Below, piece by piece: positions 1 through 14,224 of a stretch of 64,000 nt of DNA. The DNA lies in the NCBI GenBank assembly GCA_964016885.1, contig OZ024750.1, positions 4,712,001 through 4,776,000 of the forward strand, given 5' to 3'. Source of the DNA: Eledone cirrhosa. Taxonomy: Eukaryota. Under the pieces are notes generated by a model, which was given only the letters and a program-made list of their open reading frames with translations, was not told where the DNA came from and searched no databases. Position numbers and translations under genes: made by a program. Each line of letters opens with the position of its first letter. The first letter of the stretch is position 1.

Positions 1-436
1 TTACCATATTTCTAATGAAATACATAACCCATTCGTTTAAATTAGCTGAATATATATATATATATAGGAAAATGTTTAACCCCGACGGCAGAGTTCAAGC
101 CGTTTCGACGGCTAATTCTGGACTGAAATAGCCGTCGAAACGGCTTGAGCTCTGCCGTCGGGGTTAAACATTTTCCTATTACCCACTCTACTACCCTAAG
201 TATTGAGTACTGGTGCCTTATGGTCCATCTGGTTCCTTCCCACACTTCCTTTGTTATATATATATATATAATTGGAAGGATTTAATAAAATAACTTTTTT
301 TAAGCTGGCTGGCGTTTGAAATAAAAGGTTCATACATAATGGAAGGTTTTAATATAAACATCAACACTTTAAACGAGCAGATTTACATCGTTAGACCAGG
401 GTTGGTTTCAGGTAAGTTGGTATCAAAAAGGTTTAA
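1..436. mobile_element. piggyBac-type MITE family B (left end cut by window), interrupted by a palindromic element
   Basis: ttaccatatttctaatgaaa...tatcaaaaaggtttaa matches the ends of the copy at 13722-14224; related internal pieces near 5290-5620, 51250-51400, 60140-60230 and 62330-62532. Confidence 0.6.
64..256 (+). mobile_element. Palindromic Penelope-like short element with the 3' half of a hammerhead (GAAA-cggc..gccg-UC)
   Basis: Near-perfect inverted repeat 64-179, (TA)n on both sides; related copies at about 31830-31990 and 27055-27170. Confidence 0.6.
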
Positions 437-1391
437 TTTAGATGAATTTCACAAAAGACAAAATAGAGATCCATTATGTGGTCATTCAACCTGCTAGAAA
501 TAACAACCACACAATCCCCTACTTACCCGTATATTAAATAAGGCAAGGACACATCGGTGATGTAGTCCTACAAATGACAGGATGGTCGCGACTGAAACGC
601 TTATGATCAGATCATTTAGTGGATCAGGTTTGACCTGGGGCTAAACCACATCATTATAGTAATACATTTTTATCACACACACACATTAAATCCATATGTA
701 CATAATTATTACACATGTGTGTATATATATGTGCATAACAGTTTATTTCAATACTGATAATGTCCTTTTTTCTCTCTCTCACTCTCAAATATAATGCCCT
801 ATATAAAATACACACACGCACTATACGAGCACACAAACGCATATAATCATATGTTCACACACACACGCACAAGCATATATATATATATACCCACATACGC
901 ACACAGAGATAGATAGATAGACAGATAGATAGATAGATAGATATATTTCTTTATTAGCCACAAGGGCGCACAAGAAAAGGCGACAATACAAAGACATGCC
1001 GGGGATTTTACATACAGTCGTGTAAAAAATATAAAAACAAATAGATAGATAGATACATAGACAGATAGAGAGAGAGATAATTACATCAGCAAAATTGCAA
1101 AGGAAAGAGAGAGAGAGATAAGGAGAGTTCCTGCCTTGTTGTTGCCTAACTCTTGTTGATTATGTTCCCGTTGATATATATATAAAAGGGGTTAGCTAGT
1201 ATATTGATTAAGTGTGATTGTATTCCCTCCTCTCGTTTTTTTTTTATGTGGGGTGGGGGGTTACTAGCTTGTTTGTTGTGTGACATATTATTTAATAAGA
1301 GGTAAACCCGATGTAATAAAAGAAACATTTTTTTAGTTTGTTGTCCAAGCAATTAACACTTACTAGACTCCGCTGGTTGTTACTGTAGTAA

Positions 1392-1429
1392 AAATTATAG
1401 TAAACATGTAAGAATAGATTTTCTGTAAG

Positions 1430-1478
<49 letters not shown>

Positions 1479-1519
1479 AAGCTTACAGAAAATCTATTCT
1501 TACATGTTTACTATAATTT
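1392..1519. repeat. Perfect ~45-bp inverted repeat flanking a (TA)n tract
   Basis: aaattatagtaaacatgtaagaatagattttctgtaagctttata ... tataaagcttacagaaaatctattcttacatgtttactataattt. Confidence 0.9.
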
Positions 1520-1638
1520 ATATATATATATATACGCATGCTTCTGTGCGTGTGTGTATATATATATACACATACATATGTATGTATGTGTGTGTGTGTG
1601 ACTAGTGCTCCACACTTCTAGGTGTGTGTGTGAGTGAA

Positions 1639-1689
<51 letters not shown>

Positions 1690-1803
1690 AAGCTTTCAAA
1701 AGAGCCTTATTTCACTCACTGGGAAAGTATATAGTAAATATTTTGCATTATAAACTTGATCAGTAAAATTTTCTGCAAGCCTTATATACACGCGCATGCA
1801 TTT

Positions 1804-1859
<56 letters not shown>

Positions 1860-2256
1860 GAACCTTTAAAGGAGACATGTTCCGTTCACTGAGTGTATTA
1901 TATATAGTAAATATTTTGTTATTTGAACATATACGAGTATATTCCGCAAGCTATATACACACGCGCACACTTGTGCTTGTGTATATAGTGAACCTTTAAA
2001 AAGGATCCTTGTTTCAATCACTGAGTGAGTGTATAGTAAATATTTTAAGTCTGTGTGTGTATAGTATATTATCGAGTAAACATATAGTGGAGTTGTGCTA
2101 TACACATACAAATGTCCTTATACAATAGTGGATTCTTAGGCATTTTATAATCGAATAGTTATATATATAGTTTAAATGTGTGTGCAACATGTATGCAACG
2201 TGTATGTATATATATATACATGTATAATATATATACACAAAGCATATAGCAAACAG

Positions 2257-2311
<55 letters not shown>

Positions 2312-3782
2312 AACAAACGTGTATGTAATATATATATATATTTGCTTGTGCTTTTGTATAACAAAACACCATGCATGTAGTGTGTGGATTTTCATATTTT
2401 ATCGTTCAATAATTTGCGGTTAAATCGTAAGAAATAAAAAGCCGGTGCTAAAATAGAATGAAAAGTTGTAAAAGAGAAAGAACGACAATGTATTGATGGT
2501 GTTAGTTGATAATTGATACAACAAAGAGGAAGATTATATATATATATATTAAAGAAAACACAAGGTTTCCCCTACCTGAGTTAGGAACTCGAAGCGACGA
2601 GCAGGTTCCCTCAGCTAAGCCATAATGTTTTGCAATTGTTGGTAAATTGGGGTATCCAGTAATGTGATCTGCATGGTCAGTATTCTTGTGCCCTTCTCCA
2701 TGTGTCCACACATTAATCTAACAGGCTTAGCATTCTTTCTGCCTTACTAGATCTCAGCTTTCGATTCTTTAGCAAGGACAAGAAAGAGAAGTCGGCCGTA
2801 TGAAGTAATACCAACACATTTTACTTGCTTTCCCTTTTTTCGCTCTCTCACTCTTACACACACTCTCTCTCTCTCTGTCGCTCTCGCACAAACCTACTTC
2901 CTTTCTTTTACAGCACCCCCTCTCTCTCTATGTATATATTTTCGTACACTCACTAACACTTACTCTTTCTATTTCCCTCGCTTAGATTGTTCTATCTTAC
3001 TATCTCTCTGTTTTCTTCCCTTACATTGCACTAATAACTTAGTATCTCTCACTTAAATTGCACTAATAATTTTCTATCTCTATCTCTTTCGCTAATAACT
3101 CCTATCTCTCCATTTTTCTCACTAATAACTCCCTATCTCTCTCACTAAAAACTCCCTATCTCTCTATTTTCCTCACTAATAACTCTCTATCTCTATATTT
3201 CCCTCACTAATAACTCTCTATCTCTCTCTTTCCCATTCCATGTGTCGAGTTCTAACAATCACTAACACACAGCTTTCATATGATGTATGCTAGTGTTTAG
3301 ATATATAATAACTGCTAGGCATTCATGGGAAAGCCTCTCTCTTTCTCTCTCTCCCTCACATACGGTCTATATCTCTCTCTCACACCCACTCTGTCTATCT
3401 CACTCTCCCTCTCTTTCTCTCACTCTTCTCTCTATCTTGCTCGTTCTTTGTCTCTCCTTTTTTTCTTCTTTTCACTTTCTAACAGTGGCAATCATTCCTT
3501 CTTTGTCCCAGTGTAACATTCGATCTGCTAGAAATAGCAGCCAGACTTCCTCCTTGTGCAACACTCGTATTTACACAGAGTTTCTACATGGTTGCTCAAC
3601 CTGGTAGAAATAGCAGCTAAATCTTCTTCAAAAGCTTCAGATCTTGGACACTATTTGAAAAAAGAAAAAAAAAAAGACGCGATGGTCACAGATGGAATGC
3701 CTATTGATCGATCATCATAGATCTACTTGGTGAGAGCCAGCCTAGGGTTAAACAACAACACCTACTTACTAACATAGATTAG

Positions 3783-4100
3783 AACAACAGCAGCAATCTA
3801 GGGTCTTCCACTTCACTGCTATCATCAACAGCAGCAATTTAGGGTTTCCGCTTCACTACCGCCAACAACAGCAGCAATTTAGGGTCTTCCCTTCCCTACC
3901 AGCATCAACAGCAGCAACAGAACTACAGCAGCAATTTAGGGTCTTCCCTTCCCTGCCACCATCAACGGCAGCAATTTAGGGTCTTCCCTTCCCTACTAGC
4001 AACAACTGTCTTTCACTTCATTACCGCCATCAACAGCAGCAATTTTTGGTCTTATCTTTCACTGCTATCAGCAACAGTAATTTAGGGTCTTCCCTTCACT

Positions 4101-4131
<31 letters not shown>

Positions 4132-4420
4132 ATTGCCTTCCCCTTCACTGCCACCACAGCAGCAGCCACAGCAGCAACTTAGGGTCTTCCCCTTCACTGC
4201 CACCACAACAGCAGCGACATCAGCAACTGAGGGTCTTCCCTTCACTACCCATCAGCAACAATTAAGTGTCCTCCACTCCACTATCATCATTAAAAACAAC
4301 AGCAGCGATTAAGAGTCTTCCCTCGCTGCTATCACAGCAACAACATCAATAACAATAGCAGCATCAATAACAACAACAATAATTTAGGGTCTTCCCCTCA
4401 CCGCCGTCACCAACAGCAAC
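3783..4420. repeat. Degenerate ~40-bp minisatellite (cagcagcaatttagggtcttcccttcactaccatcaa)
   Basis: More than ten imperfect copies visible. Confidence 0.85.
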
Positions 4421-4550
4421 TTCAGTCTCCCACTCTTGTCACCCTTAAAGTTTTTCTTTCACTTTCTCTCTCTCCCTCTCTCTCTCATCCTTCTATTTCT
4501 CTCTTCCCATCTATTTCCCCATTTTTCTTTCTCTCTCTCATCCTCACATC

Positions 4551-4605
<55 letters not shown>

Positions 4606-6095
4606 TATCTTTCATCCTTTCGCTCTCTCACCCACTCTTTCCTTCTCTGTTTCTCTCTCGCTCTCTCTTCCTCACTCCTTATCTCTCCCCCATCTCTGTC
4701 TCTTATCCTCTCATTCCACCTGTCTCCCCTTCTCTCTTCTCGTCTTTCTCTTATCCTTTCTCTCCTTATCTCACTCCTCGTCTCTCCCTCCATTGTTCTT
4801 ATCCTCTCACAACTCATCTCTCTCTAATCCTCTCTTCCCGTCTTTCTTTTATCTTCTATCTCCTCATCTCTCTCCCTATCTCACTCGCCATCTCTTCTTC
4901 TATCTTTCTTATCCTCTCACTCGATCTCTCTCACAACTCGCCTCTTCTCATCTCTCTCTAATCCTTTCTCCTCATCTCTCTCACTCCTTGTCTCTCCACG
5001 TCGCTCTCTTTTTTAATCTCTTGTCGTACGTGTTTTAAAGCCCTTCAGATTTTAATACTAAAGCTTACTTTGTAAACATTGTATTGATAACATAGAGGTA
5101 TCTCTTAGCAAAGCTTAGTCTTGAATGAGTTGAATTGGAAACGTTAGATGTGAAGGTGGGGAGCTATTGTTAAGACATAAGACCGACGTGAATACAACCT
5201 TGAATAGGGGGAAGGTACCCAGGGAAAGAAGAAAAGGGTGTTTTGTACGTGGAAACCTTGAAAACTGGCAGTGAGGGTTACGTTAGTTTACGTGTTACAA
5301 ATAATTAAGAATTTGGAGGGATTTAGTATTATAACTTTCTCATTATTAAGTCGGTGTTTGGAACATAACTTAACAAAGGTTCTTACATAAAATTATTATG
5401 AAAGGTTGTTTTTTTAGATAAATATAAATACAAAGTGACAAGAGGGGTTATATTAGTAAAACACAGCTTACGTGTTTTAAATAATAAAGAATTTGGAGGG
5501 ATTTAGAATTATAACTTTCTCATTATTGAGTTAGTGTTTGGAACATAACTTAACAAAGATTCTTACATAAAATTATGATGAAAGGTTTTTAGATAAATAT
5601 AAACACTTTAAAGTAAACACTTCAGTGTCGTGGAACCGAGTGTGATTCCGTGGGGTTTTAATACGAAAAGGGTTTGATATACGTTACGCTGTTGAAATAG
5701 GGATCGAAGAATCAATACTAAACCTTTTCAGATACAATCTGCTCGTTCTTATGTAATTCAAACAAAAAAGGGATAAGGGAGGAATAGGTATGCGTGTTTC
5801 AAAATAAACCCTTTAAAAATGGAAGAAAGGGTGTGTTTATTATGCATTTTATGTAGAATTGGGAGACGCGTTAGAGCGTAAACTTTACAGTATTTCTTCT
5901 GGTTCAAGCTTAAGGGGGTCGGGTGGGCTAATGATACTACTACTACTACTACTACTACCACTATTATTGCTGATACTACTAATATTACTATCTCTATTAT
6001 TGTCGATACTACAACTACTTCCACTACTACTATTGCTACTACTACAAATATTATTGTTGTTGATGATGCTACCACTACAAGCACACTTTTATTCC

Positions 6096-6124
<29 letters not shown>

Positions 6125-6126
<2 letters not shown>

Positions 6127-6335
6127 TTCTGATTTAGGCACAAGGCCAGCAATTTGGGGAGCAGGGGAAATTCGATTGAATCGACTCAGTGTGTTACTGG
6201 TACTTTGACGATAAAAGAGAATAGCAGTAAAGGTGGGGTGAAAGGGGAAGTTGAGCTCGGTGGGATTTGAACTCAGAGCAAAGAACCAGAGCAAATACCA
6301 CAAACGATTTTATCCGGCGCTCTAACGATTCCACC
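6125..6335 (-). mobile_element. tRNA-derived SINE group 1, long variant
   Basis: ggcacaaggccagcaatt ... ggatttgaactcaga (B box on the minus strand). Confidence 0.75.
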
Positions 6336-8759
6336 ACCACCACCATCACCACTAGGTGGTGTTGTTAGAGTTAGGGTTCGTTTCAGTCAGTGTTGAAGTT
6401 AGGGTTAAAAAAGAGATCGATAAAATAAGAACCAGATTTGGCAAAAAAAAAAAAAAAAATGTGTAATGGTGCCGATATATTCGACTAAATCTCTCCAAGG
6501 TGGTGCTCCAGCATGGCCGCAGACTGAACCCAGTAAAAGACTAAAAGAAATATATATATGTGCTCAAGTTAGAAATTATTCTATTAAATATATGAATATG
6601 TTTCGATGGCTAACAGAATCAGTAGAACGATTGACAAATGTTGCGTTTAGTTACTTTCCATTATGTTTATATTGCAAGTTCATATCCCACTGGGACTCAG
6701 TTTACCTTTCATCTTCTATGAGTCGATAAAATAAATACCAGCCAAGTACTGGGTCGATTAAATTAATTATCTATCCTCCACAACCCCAAAACCACCCCTC
6801 GCCAGCTCAGCCCTTTCAAAAATTTAGGGTTTAGTGTTATGCCTCAATAAGAAATTTAGGGGGCGATGAAGTGGCGTTAATTATAGAATAATATACTGAA
6901 TTACTGGGAACTTAATTCCAGTGGGGCCCAAAGAATGCTTTCATCTGTTTGAGACAGGAGAGGATAGGGGTTGTTAAAAGGGATACTAATAATGTGTTGG
7001 AATGGATATCCATCGATTTCGACGAGGAGTGTTCCAGTTGTTCGATCAATAAAATAAGTCTGTTCGTGAAATTAGCGTTCAAGTGACTCAGTATTGCGCA
7101 GACACGTGTACTCTAACGGGATTCTCAGGGAGAGTCAGCACAACACTGATCGTGTATCACAAAGCTGACCTTTTGAATTTCAGGCACAGTCCATCCAACG
7201 GAGACTATATTATAATATTGTTAACTATGCCACAAACACGTGTAGCTTTAACCTATTCCTCAGGGAGATTCATTACGAGACAGTCTGCGACAAGACTGTC
7301 CGTCCCAGTTATAGGGTACAGGTTGTTTTATATTATGATATAAATTGTTGAGTATTTTGTAGCGATGTATAACCTTAGCATGTCTCAGGGAAATTCGACG
7401 TGACAGTATGTCTCATGGCTGGTTTTTTGAATTACAAGTACAGTCCATCCGACGGGGAATCCAATTACATTAGATCATTAATTCATTTTATTGCCTCATA
7501 GCTACATTAATTATCAAAAGATTACCGAAACAATTTGCATAAAAAAAGGCGCGAGAAGAGAATTACTTTTGTACGCAGAAGCAAGGTGGTTGTCGAGAGG
7601 AGACGACGTAGAAACAGTTGGTGACAGAAACACATCGTATTCCAATATATGGTATACTTACCTAGGGTGTTTTGTGAAACATATTCAGTCTGTAGTATAC
7701 TTATCTAAGGTGTTTTTTTTAGACATCATATTCAGTCTGTGGTATATTTATCTAGGGTGTTTTTTCCCCCTCGGGTATATCGTCTAAACATCTGAGATAA
7801 TTCTCTCATACATATTATCAACTAAACATCTCTATTGATGTTGTCTCACATCACTGAGGCTTCGAATTCTCATCAGAAAGGCAGGAACAACAAAGATCGT
7901 ATTTACAAATGAAAATAGTTTTTGATAAGACACGACACAAGACTACGTATAATGATTGCAGGTAAAGAATATATATATACATTGATCAACTACATATCAG
8001 TCCTTTATAAACAAAGATATTTCAGCAGAGTTTGATATAAGGAAATTTTAGGACTGCACAAATCTTTGAGGCAAGTACCATGACACAGTGTTTGTTATTC
8101 TCTGAGACCGAGAAGCTCTTGTAATGAGGCTATTTTAAAAAACATTTTATGGCTGTTTAAAGTCTTTTAACCATCATTTAACATGTAAGCGGGTGTAATA
8201 TTTGACACAAAACGTAAACTTTTTGTACAAAATTAAACTTCAGAAGCAGAGGTCAACTACACGTTAAAATAATCACTGCCTTCCAACCATGACAATCTCT
8301 GTGCAACCAGAACCACATTATCCAATGTATCCTTTACTTTTTTTATACGACTGTATGTGATTTGACGGGGATTTGGTTGCTATTTCAAGCAGTCCAAATA
8401 ACAATATGGAGGACTACCTTGCCGACATAAAACCAACAGTTCAAGAAATACCTGTTCTATTTGGCAGAACTATATTTAACATTTAATGAAGTGGAGAAAC
8501 CCCTTGAAGTTATTCAAATGTGAATGGAGTACTTTCAACTTTCAACTTAGAATAGGTTCACAGGTAGAGAGTGAGTTGAAGGTTTATTTGTAAAATTTAC
8601 GGCAATTGGAAAGATAAGCTGGAAAACATTCGAGATTGTGGCATAAAACACTGAAAATGAAGGACTTGAAGAAAATGTATTTGACATACATTTGTGTGTG
8701 TGTGGTCTCGAAGATAAATTTTTCAAAATCTGAAACCGTCAGTGATAATTAGAATATAA

Positions 8760-9235
8760 ATAATTGTTTCTATTTTAGGCACAAGGCCAGCAATTACCCA
8801 GTACATTACTGGTACTTTATTTTATCGACCCCATAAGGATGAAAGGCAAAGTTAACCTCGGCGGGATTTGAACTCAGATCATAAAGGGACGTAACTCTAT
8901 GCTTCAAAGCATGGTGTCCGACTCTCTACCGATACTGCCAATTTAATAAATAATGGTTTCTAATTTTCACACAAGACCAACAATTTAGGAAATGGAGGCG
9001 AGAAGACGATGAATTCGATCCCAGTATTTCACTAGTACTTTATTTTATCCACCCGAAAGGTTGCAAGACAAAGATGACCCCGGCGTGGTTTGAATTCAAA
9101 ACACAAAGAGCTGCAACTATATATATTATTGTTTCTACTTTTGGCACAAGGCCAGCAATTATTTCAGTACATTACTGGTACTTTATTTTATCGACCCCGT
9201 AAGGATGAAAGGCAAAGTTAACCTCGGCGGGACTT
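8760..9235 (-). mobile_element. Cluster of three tandem group 1 tRNA-SINE copies
   Basis: Three repeats of tgtttcta..ggcacaaggccagcaat..actggtactttattttatcgac..gatgaaaggcaaagtt; the third is 5' truncated. Confidence 0.85.
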
Positions 9236-9463
9236 GATATATATTATGACATTTTGTCAGCTTCGTGCATTACTTACATTTTCAGGTGTGTACATAGTTG
9301 AATCAAATAGAGTTTTAATAAAACAGAAACACAAATTGAACGGAAGAGACTGTGATAATTTACCATTAAATCTTACCAAGCATACATTAAAAACATATCT
9401 CCATTTAATGATGTCAATTCAATGAAAAGGTAGGTCGACTTAATTTTATCTGGGATATTATTA

Positions 9464-9630
9464 CAGACCTGTCAACTCGCCCAGTCCGACGGAGAGAGAT
9501 GTCTTCTCTTGTGAAAATGGGTATAGCTTTCATTATGTAAAATCTCCCCATTTTGCCTAATTTCTCACCGTTTTGAGACACTTTTTTTCATGGTTCTCCC
9601 CGTTTGGGTTTTTAGAGGTTGGCAGGTCTG
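9464..9630. mobile_element. MITE with CAGACCTGTCAAC / GTTGGCAGGTCTG terminal inverted repeats
   Basis: 13-bp TIRs with one mismatch, TA on both sides; superfamily (hAT-like) not certain. Confidence 0.65.
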
Positions 9631-9696
9631 TAATTAACATTAAATGTTCTTTGCAAGTTTATAGGTAAATATGAATTATATGAAGAACTAAATTAT

Positions 9697-10042
9697 TAAT
9701 TGTGTCTACATTTGGTACAAGGCCAGCAATTATCCTAGTGCATTACTGGTACTTTATTTTATCGACCTCGTAAAGATGAAAGGCAAAGTTAACTTCGGCG
9801 GGATTTGAACTCAGACCGGAAAGGGACATAACTATGCTGGAAAGCATGGCGTCCGACCCTCTACCGGACGCCATGCTTTGACGCATAGAGTTACGGCCCT
9901 TGCCATTCTGAGTTCAAATCCCGCCGAGGTTAACTTTGCCTTTCATCCTTACGGGGTCGATAAAATAAAGTACCAGTAATGTACTGGGTAATTGCTGGCC
10001 TTGTGCCAAATGTAGAAACAATTATTATGGCAGTATCGGTAG
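9697..10042. mobile_element. Two group 1 SINEs fused head-to-head (minus copy 9697-9866, plus copy 9866-10027) plus a displaced head fragment
   Basis: Junction aaagcatggcgtccg-accctctac-cggacgccatgcttt; the missing head tggcagtatcggtag appears at 10028-10042. Confidence 0.85.
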
Positions 10043-11804
10043 TTTATATCTTTGTATCAACGACATAGTCATCTTAATATTTGAGAGAATGTATTTAGCA
10101 GTAGGAAGCATTGACTAGGAAAAGTTTGCAAGATACGATTCTGACAGGCGTAGAATCAGGATCAAGAGTGTTTACTCATTGAACTGTACTTTGAGCTCCT
10201 TCTATAAAGATTTCATGAAGCGGTCAATTAGTGATCAGGCTTCCATGAAAAGGTCGATGAGAGATTAAGGATTCCATGAAGAAGTCAAGGATTTCATAAA
10301 GGGGTAAATAGGGGATTGGGATTCCTTAAAGAAGTCAAGGATTTCAAGAAGGGATCAATTAGGGATCAGGTTTCCATGAAGAGGACTCTGGCCCTACGAC
10401 CCTCCCGGAATAAGTGAGGCTCGTCTAAAATGGTTTCGTTTCGTCAAGAGTATATTATATTTTAGAATAACTGGAAGTAAGAATATTCCTCCAGTAAATA
10501 TTTAAGTGAAGTGGAATAGCCGGAACCAATAATAGATACTGCATGACTGGCAAGATAACGAGGGAAACATCTAAGGGGTCATCCTTCATGTTAGAAATAA
10601 TAGTGAGATGTCCGTCAAATCACACCATATCATCTTTTTAAAAAAGGGTGATGGAGAACACATTAGATAACATGCTTTTAACTATATGATATCTGGGAAA
10701 AGGATGGTGGTTGCGATTAGAAAACGGTTGATCATAGTTTTGTTTGTTTGTTTGTTGGTTTTACCTGAACTGACCTAGGGTTAAACCAGCTTGGTTCATC
10801 TAGTGCTTTATTTACCTCATAATGTACGGTCGTTAAATGATTTGCCTGGTTGGTGAAATATCGATTTTTGTAAGAGTGCTACAAGGTGATGTATTGTAAG
10901 AAAGAGAAAGGGTATGTTAGTTGATTGAGTTAACTCTCGCTATACTGCTGGGTAGTTGATCGAATCCATAAGGATGAAAGCTGAAATAGATCGACATCTT
11001 TTAACATTTGCACTCACAACATAAAACGAACTAATTAAATCTTAAAAGATATTTTGTTGTTGTGCTCTACCGATTCTTCCACCCATTAAGCTTGGTAGGT
11101 AAAGAGTAACAATACCACCACCATCATCATCATCATCATGGTTGATAAAGGGATTTCTAGCATCATCATCATCATCATCAATATGGTTAATAAAGGGATC
11201 TCTATTATCATCATCATCGACATGGTTGATAAAAGGATTTCTATCATCATCATAGTGGATGCATGCAGCTATACAAACACACATGTACATGTGTGTGTTG
11301 GACCTGTGTGATCGAGTGTGCGGCCTTTCTCAACCCCACCCCTTGCTGTGACATGTGATCGAGTGTGCGGTCCTTCTCACCCCCCTACACCCCGGTTATG
11401 GAGTGTGACTGAGAGTGTGACCCTTCCCTCCCCATACCACACCCCCTTTGTGGAGTGTGACAGAGTGTGCGCCCTTTCTCACCCCACACCACATCCCTGT
11501 TGTGGAGTGTGACTGAGAGTGTGGTTATTTTCTTCTCCCCCACCCCTGACACTAGTGGTGGTGGTGGTGGTGGTGGTGTTGATGGTGATGCTGGTGGCAG
11601 TGATGGCGGTTGTGCTGGTGGTGGTGGTGACACTAAGCTGTAGTTATTGTTCATGTTTTCTGCTTTTCAAAGACAATAAGATATGATTTGAGGGGCAGTT
11701 TCGCTGCTACACTTCGTAAACAAAGACTTCGCCAGTTTCCTTGCCAAATGTCGAGTGTTTTCATTTTTGTAATCGCTACAATATTACACACTTAGTGCGC
11801 GCGC

Positions 11805-11840
<36 letters not shown>

Positions 11841-13059
11841 AAGAGAGATAGTTTGGCAGATCCGAACATCAGAAGTAAGCGAACCCACACACACACACAC
11901 AACATACACATACATGCATACTTAAATACACGCAAACTTACATATATACAACCATACACACACACACACACACACATATATGCATACTTACATACATACA
12001 CACTTACATACATACAGACATACATACATATCCAAGCACACACACGCGTACACATACACCTACACATACATATATTGCAGTGATTACGAAAGTGAAAATA
12101 AACATCTGACACGGAAACTGCCGAAGAAGTCATTGTTGACATCACAAAAACCCAGGACAAAGAGAGTATTGTGTGATTTGAGGATGTTTGGCTGCTATTT
12201 CCAGCAGTTTGAGTGACCACATAAAGATGCACTTGTTGGCACGTATTAATGGATTCTTAGATCCGCCCCGCACCCCCAGGTCAGCTCTGATCAAAGACAT
12301 TCCAACCATGACCATCCTGTCTTAATCACAATGTAGCGCTGCCTTCTTTTCTCATGCTATAAGGTGTGATTTAAGGAGGTTTAGCTGCTGTTTCAGGGAT
12401 GGGAGGGGGACACTAAGCTGTAATTATTCCTATAACTTATTCTAAGACAGTAGCGTGTAATTTAACTGCTATTTCTAGCATTTCGATCAACCATATAGAG
12501 GCTCACTTGTTGTTATTGTGATATAAGCGGTGTCGGGGAAAGTAGTAAGCGTGCTGGTAGGAAAACCTGTTGTGTGTATGTATGCGTGTGGAAGCCTGTT
12601 CTGTGTGTGTGTCTATGTATGCGTGTGAAAGCCTGTTGTGTGTATGTGTCTGTATATGTGTGTATCTATGCGTGTGAAAGCCTGTTGGGGGGTGAAAGCC
12701 TGTTGTGTGTGTGTGTATGAAAGATTGCTTACGTTGATGTTGTTTAATTGGTCGAGAAAGCAGTTGTAAAGATGGAATGAGGCTCAGTGAAGCGACTCTC
12801 TTTGCTCTCCTTGTTTATTCAGAGACTATAAACAGGGGCGGTGGCGGAGGGGGGAGGGTTATTGGGCTCTGTTGATCACTACCTCCACTATATATATTTA
12901 TACACACACATATACGCTCACACATAGGCACAAACATGCACACAGACCTACAGTCATTCACACACATACACACACATACATAGGCGAATCCACCACACAT
13001 ACACTCATCCAATTTCACATATACACACACACAAGAACATGCACATTCACATAAACCCC

Positions 13060-13090
<31 letters not shown>

Positions 13091-13721
13091 GCGCACGCAG
13101 ATCCAGTTTCACACACACACATATCCACATACTTTCAGACACACAAATGCACACATGAAAACATCCACATAATCTCTCTCTCTCTCTATCTATCTATACT
13201 CTCTCTTTAACACACATACACACACACACTCACATACTCTAACACAATCAAAGTCAAACATCACCATGTAGAACTCTTTCACACAAACATATACACCGCT
13301 AAACACATCCATACTGCCTCATACATACACACATGCCCAGACACGTAAATACACACACACACACACACACAGATGTGCGTTCTTCAAATATAATTGAACC
13401 CTAAAACAATAATATCAAGTTGGTTGTTTTTGTCAAAAATTATCCACATATAGCTATATATACTGTTGTAAATAAGATGGTCAAAAGGGGTTTGACTAAA
13501 CCCTTTTTGTCAAGGCATGAATGACACGTCTTAGATCCAATTCCTCAATAAATCTGAAAGGCACCTGTTGGTTGTGGTATTCTGGGAAATGTATTGAACG
13601 TAATTCTATGTAAATTCCTTCTATAAATATACGACTTTCTTGTCTATTATTGTCTTTTGGTTGTATTAAAGACATGAACGCCACAACATCCTCCTTTCCA
13701 TTTACAATATCTGGAATTACT

Positions 13722-14224
13722 AACCCTTTCATTACCATATTTCTAATGAAAGATACTCTCTTTTACTCTTTTACCTGTTTCAGCCATCCGGCTGAGGCCA
13801 TGCTGGGGCACCGCCCTTCTCGATACTGTCTATGATTTTCAAATTATTTTGAAAATAAACAAATTTCGAGGGATTTACTAATTTTTTCTCAATATTTAAG
13901 ATCGTGTTTGGAATATAACTTAACATAGGTTCTTACATAAAATTATGAAGATGAGAGATTTTCAGATAAATATAAACACTTTGACCATTTCGTTCCATTC
14001 TATTGTCAAAATAATCAAAGAATTTGAATTTATTTAATATCTATCTAACTTTCTCTTGATTCAACTGGTGTTCGGAACATAACTTAACATAGGTTCATAC
14101 ATATAAACATGTTTCTAATGAAATATACTGCTTATTAGATAAATATCTAAACACTTTAAAATATACAGCTTTGTATCACAAAATCGAGGCCGATTTCATG
14201 CGGTTTGCTATCAAAAAGGGTTAA
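13722..14224. mobile_element. piggyBac-type MITE family B with internal insertion/duplication
   Basis: taaccctttc...aaaagggttaa ends (CCC/GGG termini, TTAA on the right, CTAA on the left). Confidence 0.6.

Noticed and set aside
2540-2790. Possible hammerhead-like CTGAGGGA...GAAA on the minus strand
   Set aside because: The core deviates and stems I and III could not be paired convincingly.
6358-6410. TTAGGG-like motifs
   Set aside because: Only two or three scattered hexamers; not an interstitial telomeric array.
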